Source of the DNA: Vicinamibacterales bacterium
Lineage (GTDB): Bacteria; Acidobacteriota; Vicinamibacteria; Vicinamibacterales; JAMQPK01
Length of the DNA stretch: 64,000 nucleotides
Direction: 5' to 3'
Assembly: GCA_963832375.1 (NCBI GenBank)
Contig: CAWHUA010000008.1
Location: 1,451,855-1,515,854 of the forward strand
The translations under genes and the position numbers were made by a program. Every line of letters begins with the position of its first letter. Within the stretch, counting starts at the first letter, position 1. The notes beneath the pieces were generated by a model. The model was not told the origin of the DNA and ran no database searches. It was given only the letters and a program-made list of their open reading frames with translations. This document shows positions 36,800 to 45,169 of the stretch, piece after piece.

Positions 36800-37795
36800 A
36801 TGTCTGTTGCCCCGTCGCGCACGCCCGCAAGCGGGCGTCTGGCGTATCTCGCTCGCATTGCGCGTGTCTACGCCAATCGATCGAATGGCCCGCTCTCTTT
36901 CTGGTACGAGCAGCCGCAGCTCCATCCCGGCGGCTTCGCCGGCGACCCGTACTTCATGCGCTTTCAGGGCAAGGCCGCCTATCGCGGCCCGTTCGACGCT
37001 GAAGGCGTGCCCCTGTTGAACTACCAGGGCACGATCGGGTTGCAGCACAACCCGATCGCCATCGCGCAGTACGGTCTGGCGCGCTTCAACCAGTGGTGCG
37101 AGACCTCGGCAGGAGACGACCAGGCTGCCTGGTTACGCGCCGCCAACTGGCTCGAGCGCCAGCTGACTCCCAACGCCTTCGGCGTGCCCGTCTGGATGCA
37201 CCACTTCGACTGGCCGTACCGTCAGCTCCTGAGAGCCCCGTGGTACTCCGGTCTGGCGCAGGGCACGGGTCTCTCGCTTCTGGTCCGGGCAGCGAAGGCG
37301 ACCAACGACAGGCGCTTTTCAGCAGCCGCGCATCGGGCATTCGAAGCGCTCAGGCTGGACGTGGCGCAGGGTGGCGTGCTCGTGACCGACGACCGCGGAC
37401 ACACGTGGATCGAGGAGTATCTCGTCGATCCTCCAAGCCACATCCTGAATGGATTCATCTGGGCGCTCTGGGGCGTTCACGACTACGCACGCTGGAGCGG
37501 CTCGCAGGCCGCAAAACAACTCTTTGACGCCTGCGTCATTACGATCGAGAGCAATCTGGCGAGGTACGACACAGGCCGGTGGTCACTCTACGAGCTGCCG
37601 GCCGGCGGCCCGCAGATGCTGGCCAGCAGGTACTACCACGAGCTTCACATCGTCCAGCTTCGTGTCCTCCAGCAACTCACAGGCATACACACGTTCGGCA
37701 CGGTGTCGGACCGCTGGCAGAGCTATCTGGAGGATCGGGTGAAGCGTGCGCGTGCGTTCATGACGAAGGCTGCCTTCAAGCTGTTCAACTACTGA
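36800..37795 (+). CDS. D-glucuronyl C5-epimerase C-terminal-domain-like protein
   Basis: 331 aa. Motifs: NPIAIAQYGLARFNQW, APWYSGLAQGTGLSLLVRA, HILNGFIWALWGVHDY, YHELHIVQLRVL. As I recall the family, these match the conserved blocks of heparan-sulfate GlcA C5-epimerase (PWxSGMAQG, LNGFxYSLxGLYD, YHxxHIxQL). Confidence 0.7.
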   Translation: MSVAPSRTPASGRLAYLARIARVYANRSNGPLSFWYEQPQLHPGGFAGDPYFMRFQGKAAYRGPFDAEGVPLLNYQGTIGLQHNPIAIAQYGLARFNQWCETSAGDDQAAWLRAANWLERQLTPNAFGVPVWMHHFDWPYRQLLRAPWYSGLAQGTGLSLLVRAAKATNDRRFSAAAHRAFEALRLDVAQGGVLVTDDRGHTWIEEYLVDPPSHILNGFIWALWGVHDYARWSGSQAAKQLFDACVITIESNLARYDTGRWSLYELPAGGPQMLASRYYHELHIVQLRVLQQLTGIHTFGTVSDRWQSYLEDRVKRARAFMTKAAFKLFNY

Positions 37796-37805
37796 GCTCC
37801 CGGAC

Positions 37806-39098
37806 ATGCGCATTCTTTTCTTCTCGCACTACTTCCCGCCGGAGGTGAACGCGCCGGCCAACCGCACCTACGAGCACTGCCGCGCGTGGGTGGCGGCCGG
37901 CCACGACGTGCATGTTGTGACGTGCGTGCCGAGTCATCCGATCGGCAGGGCCTACCCCACTCATCGCGTGAAATGGTACCAACGCGAGGAAGTGGATGGC
38001 ATTCACGTTCATCGAGTCTGGACCTATCTCGCGCCGAATCGCGGTGTGCTGCGCCGAACGCTGAACTATCTCTCGTTTGTCCCCACATCCGTGTTGCGCG
38101 CACTGTCGCTGGGCCGATTCGACGTCATCGTTGGCACGTCCCCTCAGTTCTTCTGCGCCGTCGCCGCCTGGGCCGCCGCCGCTGTGCGGCGCACGCCCTG
38201 GATCTTCGAGCTGCGCGACCTCTGGCCCGAGTCGATTGGAGCGGTGGGAGCGATACGAACCAGCCTGGTGCTGCGCCTGCTGGAGCGAATCGAGCTGCGA
38301 ATGTATCGAAGCGCCGCAAGGGTTGTGTGCCTGACACGCGCCTTCATGGCCAATCTCGAGCGCCGGGGCATCGAGACCTCGAAGCTCGATTACGTACCCA
38401 ACGGCATCGCTCCGTCGTTCTGGAGCGGCGGATCGCGGCAGGCGGGTCGCGACCTGCTGGGCGTCGCCGCCGACGAGATTGCGGTCAGCTACATCGGAAC
38501 CGTCGGCATGGCTCACGGTCTCGCGACCGTTCTCGAAGCGGCGCAGTCGCTGGCCACCTCTCACCCGTGGATTCGCTTCTACGTGGTCGGAGATGGAGCC
38601 GAGCTTCCGGAACTGAAAGAACGTGCGGCGTCCAGTGGCCTGACAAACGTGATCTTCACGGGGCTTCGTCCGCGCGACGAAATCCCCGGCATCATGGCGG
38701 CGACCGACATCGCCCTCGTCACGCTGAAGCCCTCCGATACCTTCAAAGCCGTGCTTCCGTCGAAGCTGTTCGAGGCCATGGCCGCACGCAGGCCAGTCGT
38801 GCTCGCGGTGGACGGCGAAGCGAAACAGATTCTGGAACAGGCCTCGGGGGGCGTGTGTGTGCAGCCCGGGAACGCTGTCGCCCTGGCAAACGCGGTCGTC
38901 ACGCTGGCCGCAAGCGCAGAGCTGCGAACGCAACTCGGAACATCGGGTGCGAACTACGTCGCCCATGAATTCAATCGGTCGGCGTGGGCAAATCGTTTCG
39001 TCCAGATTCTCCGTAACGTCACAGCGCCCCGCAGCAGTGAGGCAGGAGTCTTCCTCGACGAGGCTCGTTCGCGCCTGGCGGATATCCCAAAGAGATGA
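37806..39098 (+). CDS. Glycosyltransferase family 4 (WcaI/WbuB-like)
   Basis: MRILFFSHYFPPEVNAPANRTYEHCRAWVAAGHDVHVVT...; C-terminal VTLKPSDTFKAVLPSKLFEAMAARRPVVLAVDGE. Confidence 0.8.
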   Translation: MRILFFSHYFPPEVNAPANRTYEHCRAWVAAGHDVHVVTCVPSHPIGRAYPTHRVKWYQREEVDGIHVHRVWTYLAPNRGVLRRTLNYLSFVPTSVLRALSLGRFDVIVGTSPQFFCAVAAWAAAAVRRTPWIFELRDLWPESIGAVGAIRTSLVLRLLERIELRMYRSAARVVCLTRAFMANLERRGIETSKLDYVPNGIAPSFWSGGSRQAGRDLLGVAADEIAVSYIGTVGMAHGLATVLEAAQSLATSHPWIRFYVVGDGAELPELKERAASSGLTNVIFTGLRPRDEIPGIMAATDIALVTLKPSDTFKAVLPSKLFEAMAARRPVVLAVDGEAKQILEQASGGVCVQPGNAVALANAVVTLAASAELRTQLGTSGANYVAHEFNRSAWANRFVQILRNVTAPRSSEAGVFLDEARSRLADIPKR

Positions 39099-40855
39099 GC
39101 GCCCTTATGCTTCCGTACTTTCTCGCGTTGACTCTGGCGTGCCTGGTCTCGCTTTGTCTGACACCACTCGTGCGATCGGGAGCTCGATGGGCGTGCGTGC
39201 TCGATGTGCCCGACGGGAAGAGAAAGCGCCACGCACAGCCTGTCCCGAAACTCGGCGGTATTGCCATCTTCGTCTCCTTCTACTCGTGCGCCTGGCTCAC
39301 GCTCGGGCTCGTCGACTGGGCACACGCACACGAGGCTTCCCAACTGATATCGGCCCTCTTCCTGCCGTCGCTCGTGATCCTGGCCCTCGGCGTCGCGGAT
39401 GACCTGTCGCCCACGGGCCCGTGGGTCAAAATCGGGGTCCAGCTCGTTGCCGGCGTCTTGATCTTCTATCGATTGGACCTCGGCGTCACCGGCATCGCCG
39501 GCACCGGTGCGGGTTCGACGCTGAGCTTCCTCGGCCTGCCGGTGACTCTGCTGTGGGTCGTGCTGGTCACCAATGCCTTCAACATCGTCGATGGAATTGA
39601 CGGTCTCGCGGCGGGCGTTGGATTCATCGCCGCGGTCAGCCTTGTACTCGTCTCGCTGGCGACGGGCAATCTCGCGCTGGCGTTCGTGGCCATCCCGCTC
39701 GCCGGCGCCGTACTCGGGTTCCTCCGGTACAACTTCAATCCGGCCTCGGTATTCCTCGGCGATTCGGGCAGTCTCCTGCTGGGCTTCAAGTTTGCCGCGC
39801 TTTCTCTCGTGGCCTCGACGAGCAGTTCGACCCCGCTGGTCCCGCTTGCATCGCTCCTGATTCTCGCGCTCCCGCTGACCGAAGCCGCCACATCGGTCAT
39901 CCGCCGATTTCTCGCGGGACGGTCAATCCTCCAGCCGGACATCCATCATATTCACCATCAGCTGATGCGTCAGGGCCTCGAGCCTCGCCGGGCCGCGACG
40001 GTCTTGTACGGCTGGGCTGCCGCGTTCGGCCTGGCCGCGCTGGTCGTTGTTTACAGCGGGCCCGCTGGTGTGGTGATCGTCGGGCTCTCGTGCGTGGCGA
40101 TCACAGGTATCGGCATTCAGCGGCTTGGATACGTGGAATTTGCCGAGATCATGGGGCTGCTCGATCGCTGCCGGCAACAGCGGCGTATCATTCAGGACAA
40201 CATCATCAGCCGCAGACTTGCCGACGATTTGCGCAGAGCCACCTCGGTGGCTGACGCGTGGTCTCTCCTGCAGGCGGCGGCACAAGCGCTCGGCTTCTCC
40301 CATATCGAGCTGAGGAGACGTACTCACCGCGATGAGGGCGCAGATCGCCAGGGAATGGTCCGCTACGCCCAGCAGCTCTGTTCGGTGTCGCGTGCGGCCG
40401 GTGCCGAAACGAAGTTCGCGGTCGCATTGAACGGCGCCAACGACGTGTTGGGAGAGGTGGTGTTCAGACGCTCGACGGCGGCGCCACCGTTTCATTCATT
40501 CGCGGTCCTGGTTGGCGATGTCAGCAGCGGGCTGTCTCACGTCCTCGAAAACTGCGCGACTGCTCCGGCAGTCGTGGCCGCGCGAGAAAACAACGAGTAT
40601 GAGATCGACGCCGAGCGTCGTGCTCCTCAACGGCAGGTAGTCGCCTGCGGTTCCTGTGGGTCGTTCGATCTCCACCGCACGCGTACCTCGTCGTTCGCCG
40701 AACGGCTTCGGAAGAGCATCACGAACAAGAGACCCCATGCGTGCGGCGCGTGCGGCTGGCGTGCATGGATGCTGCCCTTCATCGATGAGCCGGCACATGC
40801 GGCCGGCACGCCGGGCGCACAGCCCGACTTCCAGGCGCTGGATCGCGCCGTGTGA
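39095..40855 (+). CDS. WecA/MraY-family polyprenyl-phosphate HexNAc-1-phosphate transferase with a ~250-aa C-terminal cytoplasmic extension ending in a 4-Cys ribbon
   Basis: ATG overlaps the upstream stop (ATGA). Motifs: TNAFNIVDGIDGLAAG, FLGDSGSLLLGF and about 10 TM segments in aa 1-330. A soluble region follows, ending CGSCGS-x26-CGACGW. Confidence 0.8.
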   Translation: MSALMLPYFLALTLACLVSLCLTPLVRSGARWACVLDVPDGKRKRHAQPVPKLGGIAIFVSFYSCAWLTLGLVDWAHAHEASQLISALFLPSLVILALGVADDLSPTGPWVKIGVQLVAGVLIFYRLDLGVTGIAGTGAGSTLSFLGLPVTLLWVVLVTNAFNIVDGIDGLAAGVGFIAAVSLVLVSLATGNLALAFVAIPLAGAVLGFLRYNFNPASVFLGDSGSLLLGFKFAALSLVASTSSSTPLVPLASLLILALPLTEAATSVIRRFLAGRSILQPDIHHIHHQLMRQGLEPRRAATVLYGWAAAFGLAALVVVYSGPAGVVIVGLSCVAITGIGIQRLGYVEFAEIMGLLDRCRQQRRIIQDNIISRRLADDLRRATSVADAWSLLQAAAQALGFSHIELRRRTHRDEGADRQGMVRYAQQLCSVSRAAGAETKFAVALNGANDVLGEVVFRRSTAAPPFHSFAVLVGDVSSGLSHVLENCATAPAVVAARENNEYEIDAERRAPQRQVVACGSCGSFDLHRTRTSSFAERLRKSITNKRPHACGACGWRAWMLPFIDEPAHAAGTPGAQPDFQALDRAV

Positions 40856-40895
40856 CAGTTGCGCCGTCCGGCATAAGTCACCCGCGACCCCACTG

Positions 40896-41783
40896 ATGTT
40901 TCCCCACGACATTTCGCTTCGGGATCTCACATTGCCGCCCGGCGATCGACACTCGGCCGTGATCGTCAGTGGATCGAGCCTGAGACATGCTCAGTTCGGC
41001 TACAAGCTGCAAGAACGATTTCCGGGATTGCTGAAGAAGTGGTGGGTCGTTGAGAGATCAGGGAATATCGGCGCCGCCGACACGGCGCTGACGTCCGCTG
41101 GTCCAATGCGCCGTCGCCGGTTCCGTGCTCTGGCAAGGAACCTACGGGACAAAGCGTTCAGGCACTGGAGGCAGCGTGCCGACGGCAGCACGCGCGCCGA
41201 GCTCAGGATGTTCGAATGTGACGTGACGAGGCTGAAAGCCGCAGCTGAAGTCCATCCGATTCCCACGGACGGTGTGATTTCCGAGCAGCTGGTTGAAGAA
41301 GCTCGTGCACTGAGTCCGTATTTTCTGTTCTTGCTGGACGGACCGTTGCTGGAACCGCGCCTGTTCAAGGTCGTCCGCGGACTCGTCATCAACCAGCATG
41401 CCGGATGGTTGCCCGAGTACAAAGGAGGCAGCAGCCACCAACATGCGCTCTACCGCCGCGACGTAACACGTGTCGCAAACGCCGTGCATCTCGTCGAGCT
41501 GGGCTCGGACTCAGGAGCCATTCTCAGGCGCTCGACCGCGACACTCCACCCGGATGACGATGAAGAGGACTGTTTCATGGCGGCGGTCGCTCTCGGAACC
41601 GAGCTGGCTCTCGAGGTGGTCGGTGAGGCCTTGAGAGCGGACTCAGTATCGGTCTTCGAACCACGCCCTGCCGGACACACCTATCTGGCTGCAGACTGGA
41701 CAACAAGGAAACGCCAGGCGGTCCGGCGCGATTTTGCCAGCGGCTGGCTGGCCGACGCCATCGAGGCACAGCGAGACTGGTGA
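40896..41783 (+). CDS. Formyltransferase-domain (Fmt/PurN/ArnA N-terminal-like) protein
   Basis: Start at MFPHDISL (ATG 40896). Motifs: LVINQHAGWLPEYKGGSS (the family pattern N-x-H..LP.Y.G) and VHLVELGSDSGAIL (catalytic Asp region). Confidence 0.55.
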   Translation: MFPHDISLRDLTLPPGDRHSAVIVSGSSLRHAQFGYKLQERFPGLLKKWWVVERSGNIGAADTALTSAGPMRRRRFRALARNLRDKAFRHWRQRADGSTRAELRMFECDVTRLKAAAEVHPIPTDGVISEQLVEEARALSPYFLFLLDGPLLEPRLFKVVRGLVINQHAGWLPEYKGGSSHQHALYRRDVTRVANAVHLVELGSDSGAILRRSTATLHPDDDEEDCFMAAVALGTELALEVVGEALRADSVSVFEPRPAGHTYLAADWTTRKRQAVRRDFASGWLADAIEAQRDW

Positions 41784-41786
41784 ACC

Positions 41787-42644
41787 ATGAGGCCAGGACT
41801 TCATATCCTCAACTATCACAACATCTCGTGGGAAAACTCGCTGCTCACGCAGGGGCTGCTCGGCAACCATCGGCCGGACATTTTTCGCGAGCAGCTTGGA
41901 TTCTACAGCCGGCACGGGGATCTGATCTCAACCGACGAGGCCTTGAGCCGGCTGCGGAACGGCACGGCATTCAAGAAGCCCACCTTTTGCTTGTGGTTCG
42001 ACGATGGGTTCGCCGGTGTCAGAACACACGCCTTTCCCGCGTGCAAAGAGTTGGGGATCACCGCTGCGATAGCGGTCAACTCTCGATTCGTACTGCGGCA
42101 GGAGATGTTCTACGTCGCGAAGCTCTCGTTCCTGGCGGCGATCGACGGCCTCCGGCTCGTGCGCGACCAAATCGGCCGAGACTGCCCGGAGATCCCCCTC
42201 AAGATGCGTAGTTGGATCAAGCGGAACTTCCGCTCGGACTTCGTCCCTTTGATTGACGACGTCTACAACCAATGCACAACGGCGCAGTTTCGGGCGGATG
42301 CCTTTCGCATTTACGACACCGCCGAAGGCATACGATCGCTCTCCAACGCGGGTTGGCTCATCTCGAACCACACAGCCGCTCACTATCCCCTGAGCGAGCG
42401 ACGCAGTTGGACTGAGATCAAGGCGCACTACGACGAGTGTGCGCCTCTGGTCGCGCAGTTGAAGGGAAACAGCCGTCTCTTGGTGACGCCATTCAGCTTT
42501 CTGCCCGATGTCTTCGCTGAGCACCTGAAGCGGCACGGCCTTGTGGTGCAGGTCGAGAACCGGATCAACACGCCCGAGACGTTCCAATCGGGCGTCATTT
42601 ACCGCCACGATCCCGGGTACCGCCGCGTCCCCGCGATTGACTGA
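41787..42644 (+). CDS. Polysaccharide deacetylase (CE4-like)
   Basis: 285 aa. Motifs: ILNYHNI, FCLWFDDGFAGV (DD motif), LISNHTAAHYPL (His pair). Confidence 0.65.
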   Translation: MRPGLHILNYHNISWENSLLTQGLLGNHRPDIFREQLGFYSRHGDLISTDEALSRLRNGTAFKKPTFCLWFDDGFAGVRTHAFPACKELGITAAIAVNSRFVLRQEMFYVAKLSFLAAIDGLRLVRDQIGRDCPEIPLKMRSWIKRNFRSDFVPLIDDVYNQCTTAQFRADAFRIYDTAEGIRSLSNAGWLISNHTAAHYPLSERRSWTEIKAHYDECAPLVAQLKGNSRLLVTPFSFLPDVFAEHLKRHGLVVQVENRINTPETFQSGVIYRHDPGYRRVPAID

Positions 42645-42694
42645 AGCAGAGCGAGATCGGCTCACACGTCGAGCGAACCACAGGGAGACTCTCG

Positions 42695-43795
42695 ATGCCA
42701 GCACGACATGAATTCATCAAATATCGTCCTGAATACAAGGAACAACTGTGCCGTCTGCAGCAACCGTTGTGGGGCCCCCATTCCGACTTGAACTCGGCCT
42801 ATTTCGAATGGAAATATGAGCGGAATCCGATCATCGACGAGCCCCTCGTATATTTGGCGCTCGCGGACGGGGACGTTGTCGGAATGCGCGGCATGATGGG
42901 CGCGCTCTGGGAGGGAGGGGACGGCTCGTCTGCAGAGATCCCGATTGCCGGAGACCTCGTGGTGCATCCCGATCATCAGACGAAGGGGATTGTGCGGCAA
43001 TTGATGGAGTACGCGCTGCATGATGCAGGCACGCGAGGCTACCGCTATGTTCTGAACTTGAGTGGGAACCGCTATACACAGCTCACCTCGCTGCGAATGG
43101 GCTGGCGAATGGTCGGCGATTGCGAAGAAGCGCGCTGGTGCTGGCGACCGGGACCGATTGGCAGGTATCTCGCGCCGCACCTGCGCTCGCTGTCGCGGAA
43201 ATTGAGCGAACACAAAGGGCACCCGTTCGCGCTGCTTGACAAGCTGTTCCGACCGGGCAGTTCGCACATCTCGATGACCGATGTGGCCCGACCGAGTGAG
43301 ATGGCCGCGTTGGTCGCACAGATTCCATGGGATGGGCGACTTCGCCAGCGGCGTGATGACAACTACTTCACATGGCGGTTCCAGAATCCCAGGTCCGCCT
43401 ACCGGTTCGTGTTCTATGACGCGGGGAACTTGCGCGGCTACCTGGCGCTCGAGGCTCGACGGCGAAGCTCAACCGTCTCGGTGCGCATCGCTGACTGGGA
43501 GTCGACGGACGACCAGGTCGCAAGCGAGCTTCTCCAGCCGCTAACGAGGTCAGGCGGCATGCTGCGATATACCGCGTGGACCGCATCCCTCGAATCCAGC
43601 CGGGTTGCGCGCCTCAAAGCTGCGGGTTTTGAGCCTGTGGAGTCTGCGGACGTCAAAGAGCCCGGGAAAGGCAGAGCCGTGCTCGTGCGCGGGCTTCAAC
43701 CAGCGGACGCCGGGTCTTCGTGGACCCTCTTCAATCGCCGCGTCGACGAGTTGTCGAGCTGGGATCTGCGGCCCATCTACTCCGACGCCGGATAA
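42695..43795 (+). CDS. GNAT-family acyltransferase (two-lobed, FemAB/GNAT-like)
   Basis: 366 aa. Acetyl-CoA-site-like segment IAGDLVVHPDHQTKGIVRQLMEYAL. A Shine-Dalgarno GGGAGA lies upstream. Confidence 0.5.
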   Translation: MPARHEFIKYRPEYKEQLCRLQQPLWGPHSDLNSAYFEWKYERNPIIDEPLVYLALADGDVVGMRGMMGALWEGGDGSSAEIPIAGDLVVHPDHQTKGIVRQLMEYALHDAGTRGYRYVLNLSGNRYTQLTSLRMGWRMVGDCEEARWCWRPGPIGRYLAPHLRSLSRKLSEHKGHPFALLDKLFRPGSSHISMTDVARPSEMAALVAQIPWDGRLRQRRDDNYFTWRFQNPRSAYRFVFYDAGNLRGYLALEARRRSSTVSVRIADWESTDDQVASELLQPLTRSGGMLRYTAWTASLESSRVARLKAAGFEPVESADVKEPGKGRAVLVRGLQPADAGSSWTLFNRRVDELSSWDLRPIYSDAG

Positions 43796-43812
43796 GCACT
43801 CTTTGAGTGTTT
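43796..43812 (+). terminator. Small hairpin CACTC-ttt-GAGTG followed by TTTC, directly after the last gene of the locus
   Basis: Seen directly, 1 nt after the TAA at 43793-43795. The stem is short, so the call is weak. Confidence 0.25.
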
Positions 43813-43842
43813 CAATCGCCAACCGCAGGTTGGGACGAAACC

Positions 43843-44979
43843 CTATCTCACCTTCACGTATTTCCTCAGTATCCTCGGCCTCGGCTCGCCGCCGAACACG
43901 TTGCCGTGCTTGTCCACGGTCACGAACTCCGGTCCACTGCCGGTGAGCGTCCTGGGATCGCCGCCGTTGTCCAGGATAAAGGCCGTCACCCATCCGGTCT
44001 TCGCATCCCCAATCCGAATCCCCTGCTCGAAGCCGGGATTGGTCACGTTGTCCGACTCCGAATCGGCCACGTAGATCTGATCCTTATCGTCGAACGCGAT
44101 GCCGCTCGGCGTGCCGAACTGCAGCCACGTCGAGAGGTGCTTCCCTTCCTGATCGAAAATCTGAATCCGGTTGTTGCCGCGGTCGGCCACGAACACGCGG
44201 CCGCGCGAGTCGATCGCGATGCCGTGCAGCGTCCGGAACTCGCCAGGGGCGTAGCCCGTCTTCCCCCACGCCTTGATGAACTTGCCATCCTTCGAAAACT
44301 TCACCACGCGGTTGTTCTCGTTCGTGCCATGCCCGTCGGCCACGAAGATGTCGCCGTTGGCGGCCACGGCGACCGCGCTCGGTGAGATGAAATGGCGCTC
44401 GTCGCTGCCCGCCACGCCCGCTTCGCCCAGCCGCATCAGGACCTTGCCGTCGGGACTGAACTTCACGACCTGATGCCCGAACTTCCCGCCCGCCTTCGCC
44501 GCGATCGCGACGATGTCCTGCGTGGCGGCGTCAGTGGCCCAGACGTTGCCTTCCTTGTCGACGTGAAGCCCGTGCGGCCAGATGAACATGCCCGCGCCAA
44601 AGCTCTTCGCGACGTTCCCCTTCGCGTCGAACTTATAAATCGTATCGATGTTCTTGATGCGTCCGTTGGCGTCGAGACAATCCATGCCGAATCGGCCGCC
44701 GTTGGCCACGGTCACCGGGTTGGTCTCGTCGCACCTGATGAACGCCCAGATGCTTTCGCCGTCGATGTCCACGTGCATCGACGCCGGCGGCCCCATTTCC
44801 CGCCCGCCCGGTAGCCTCGCCCAGTCTCCGCCAGGCACCATCAACCCGCCGCCATCCGCCAGCCCCTTCACCGGACGATAGGGATTCGGCAGCCCGCTCT
44901 GCGCGAGCGGCCTGACGCCCGCCACGAACAGCCCGATGACGCACGACATTGTGAGTGAAGCGAGGTGATGTGTCTTCAT
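43843..44979 (-). CDS. Secreted NHL-repeat beta-propeller protein (peptidyl-alpha-hydroxyglycine lyase-like)
   Basis: Start at MKTHHLASLTMSCVIGLFVAG (ATG top at 44979), with a signal peptide. Repeated blades: GNVWATD, GDIFVADGHGTNENNRVVKFSKDGKF, GRVFVADRGNNRIQIFDQEGK, DQIYVADSESD. Confidence 0.75.
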   Translation of the reverse strand: MKTHHLASLTMSCVIGLFVAGVRPLAQSGLPNPYRPVKGLADGGGLMVPGGDWARLPGGREMGPPASMHVDIDGESIWAFIRCDETNPVTVANGGRFGMDCLDANGRIKNIDTIYKFDAKGNVAKSFGAGMFIWPHGLHVDKEGNVWATDAATQDIVAIAAKAGGKFGHQVVKFSPDGKVLMRLGEAGVAGSDERHFISPSAVAVAANGDIFVADGHGTNENNRVVKFSKDGKFIKAWGKTGYAPGEFRTLHGIAIDSRGRVFVADRGNNRIQIFDQEGKHLSTWLQFGTPSGIAFDDKDQIYVADSESDNVTNPGFEQGIRIGDAKTGWVTAFILDNGGDPRTLTGSGPEFVTVDKHGNVFGGEPRPRILRKYVKVR

Positions 44980-45169
44980 GGCTGGGTATCCTACCGCAGG
45001 CCGGACCCCCATGGGATCGGCCTCAAATGACAAAGTCTGCCTGGCGGATGACTTCCTGACACGCGATCGGATCGATCGCCCAAAAGGTGAATTGACTTCC
45101 GGCCACGCACCATGTGAACGTAATCCGGCGACGATCCGTACCTTCGTCAGCACACACGAGGCCAACCTG

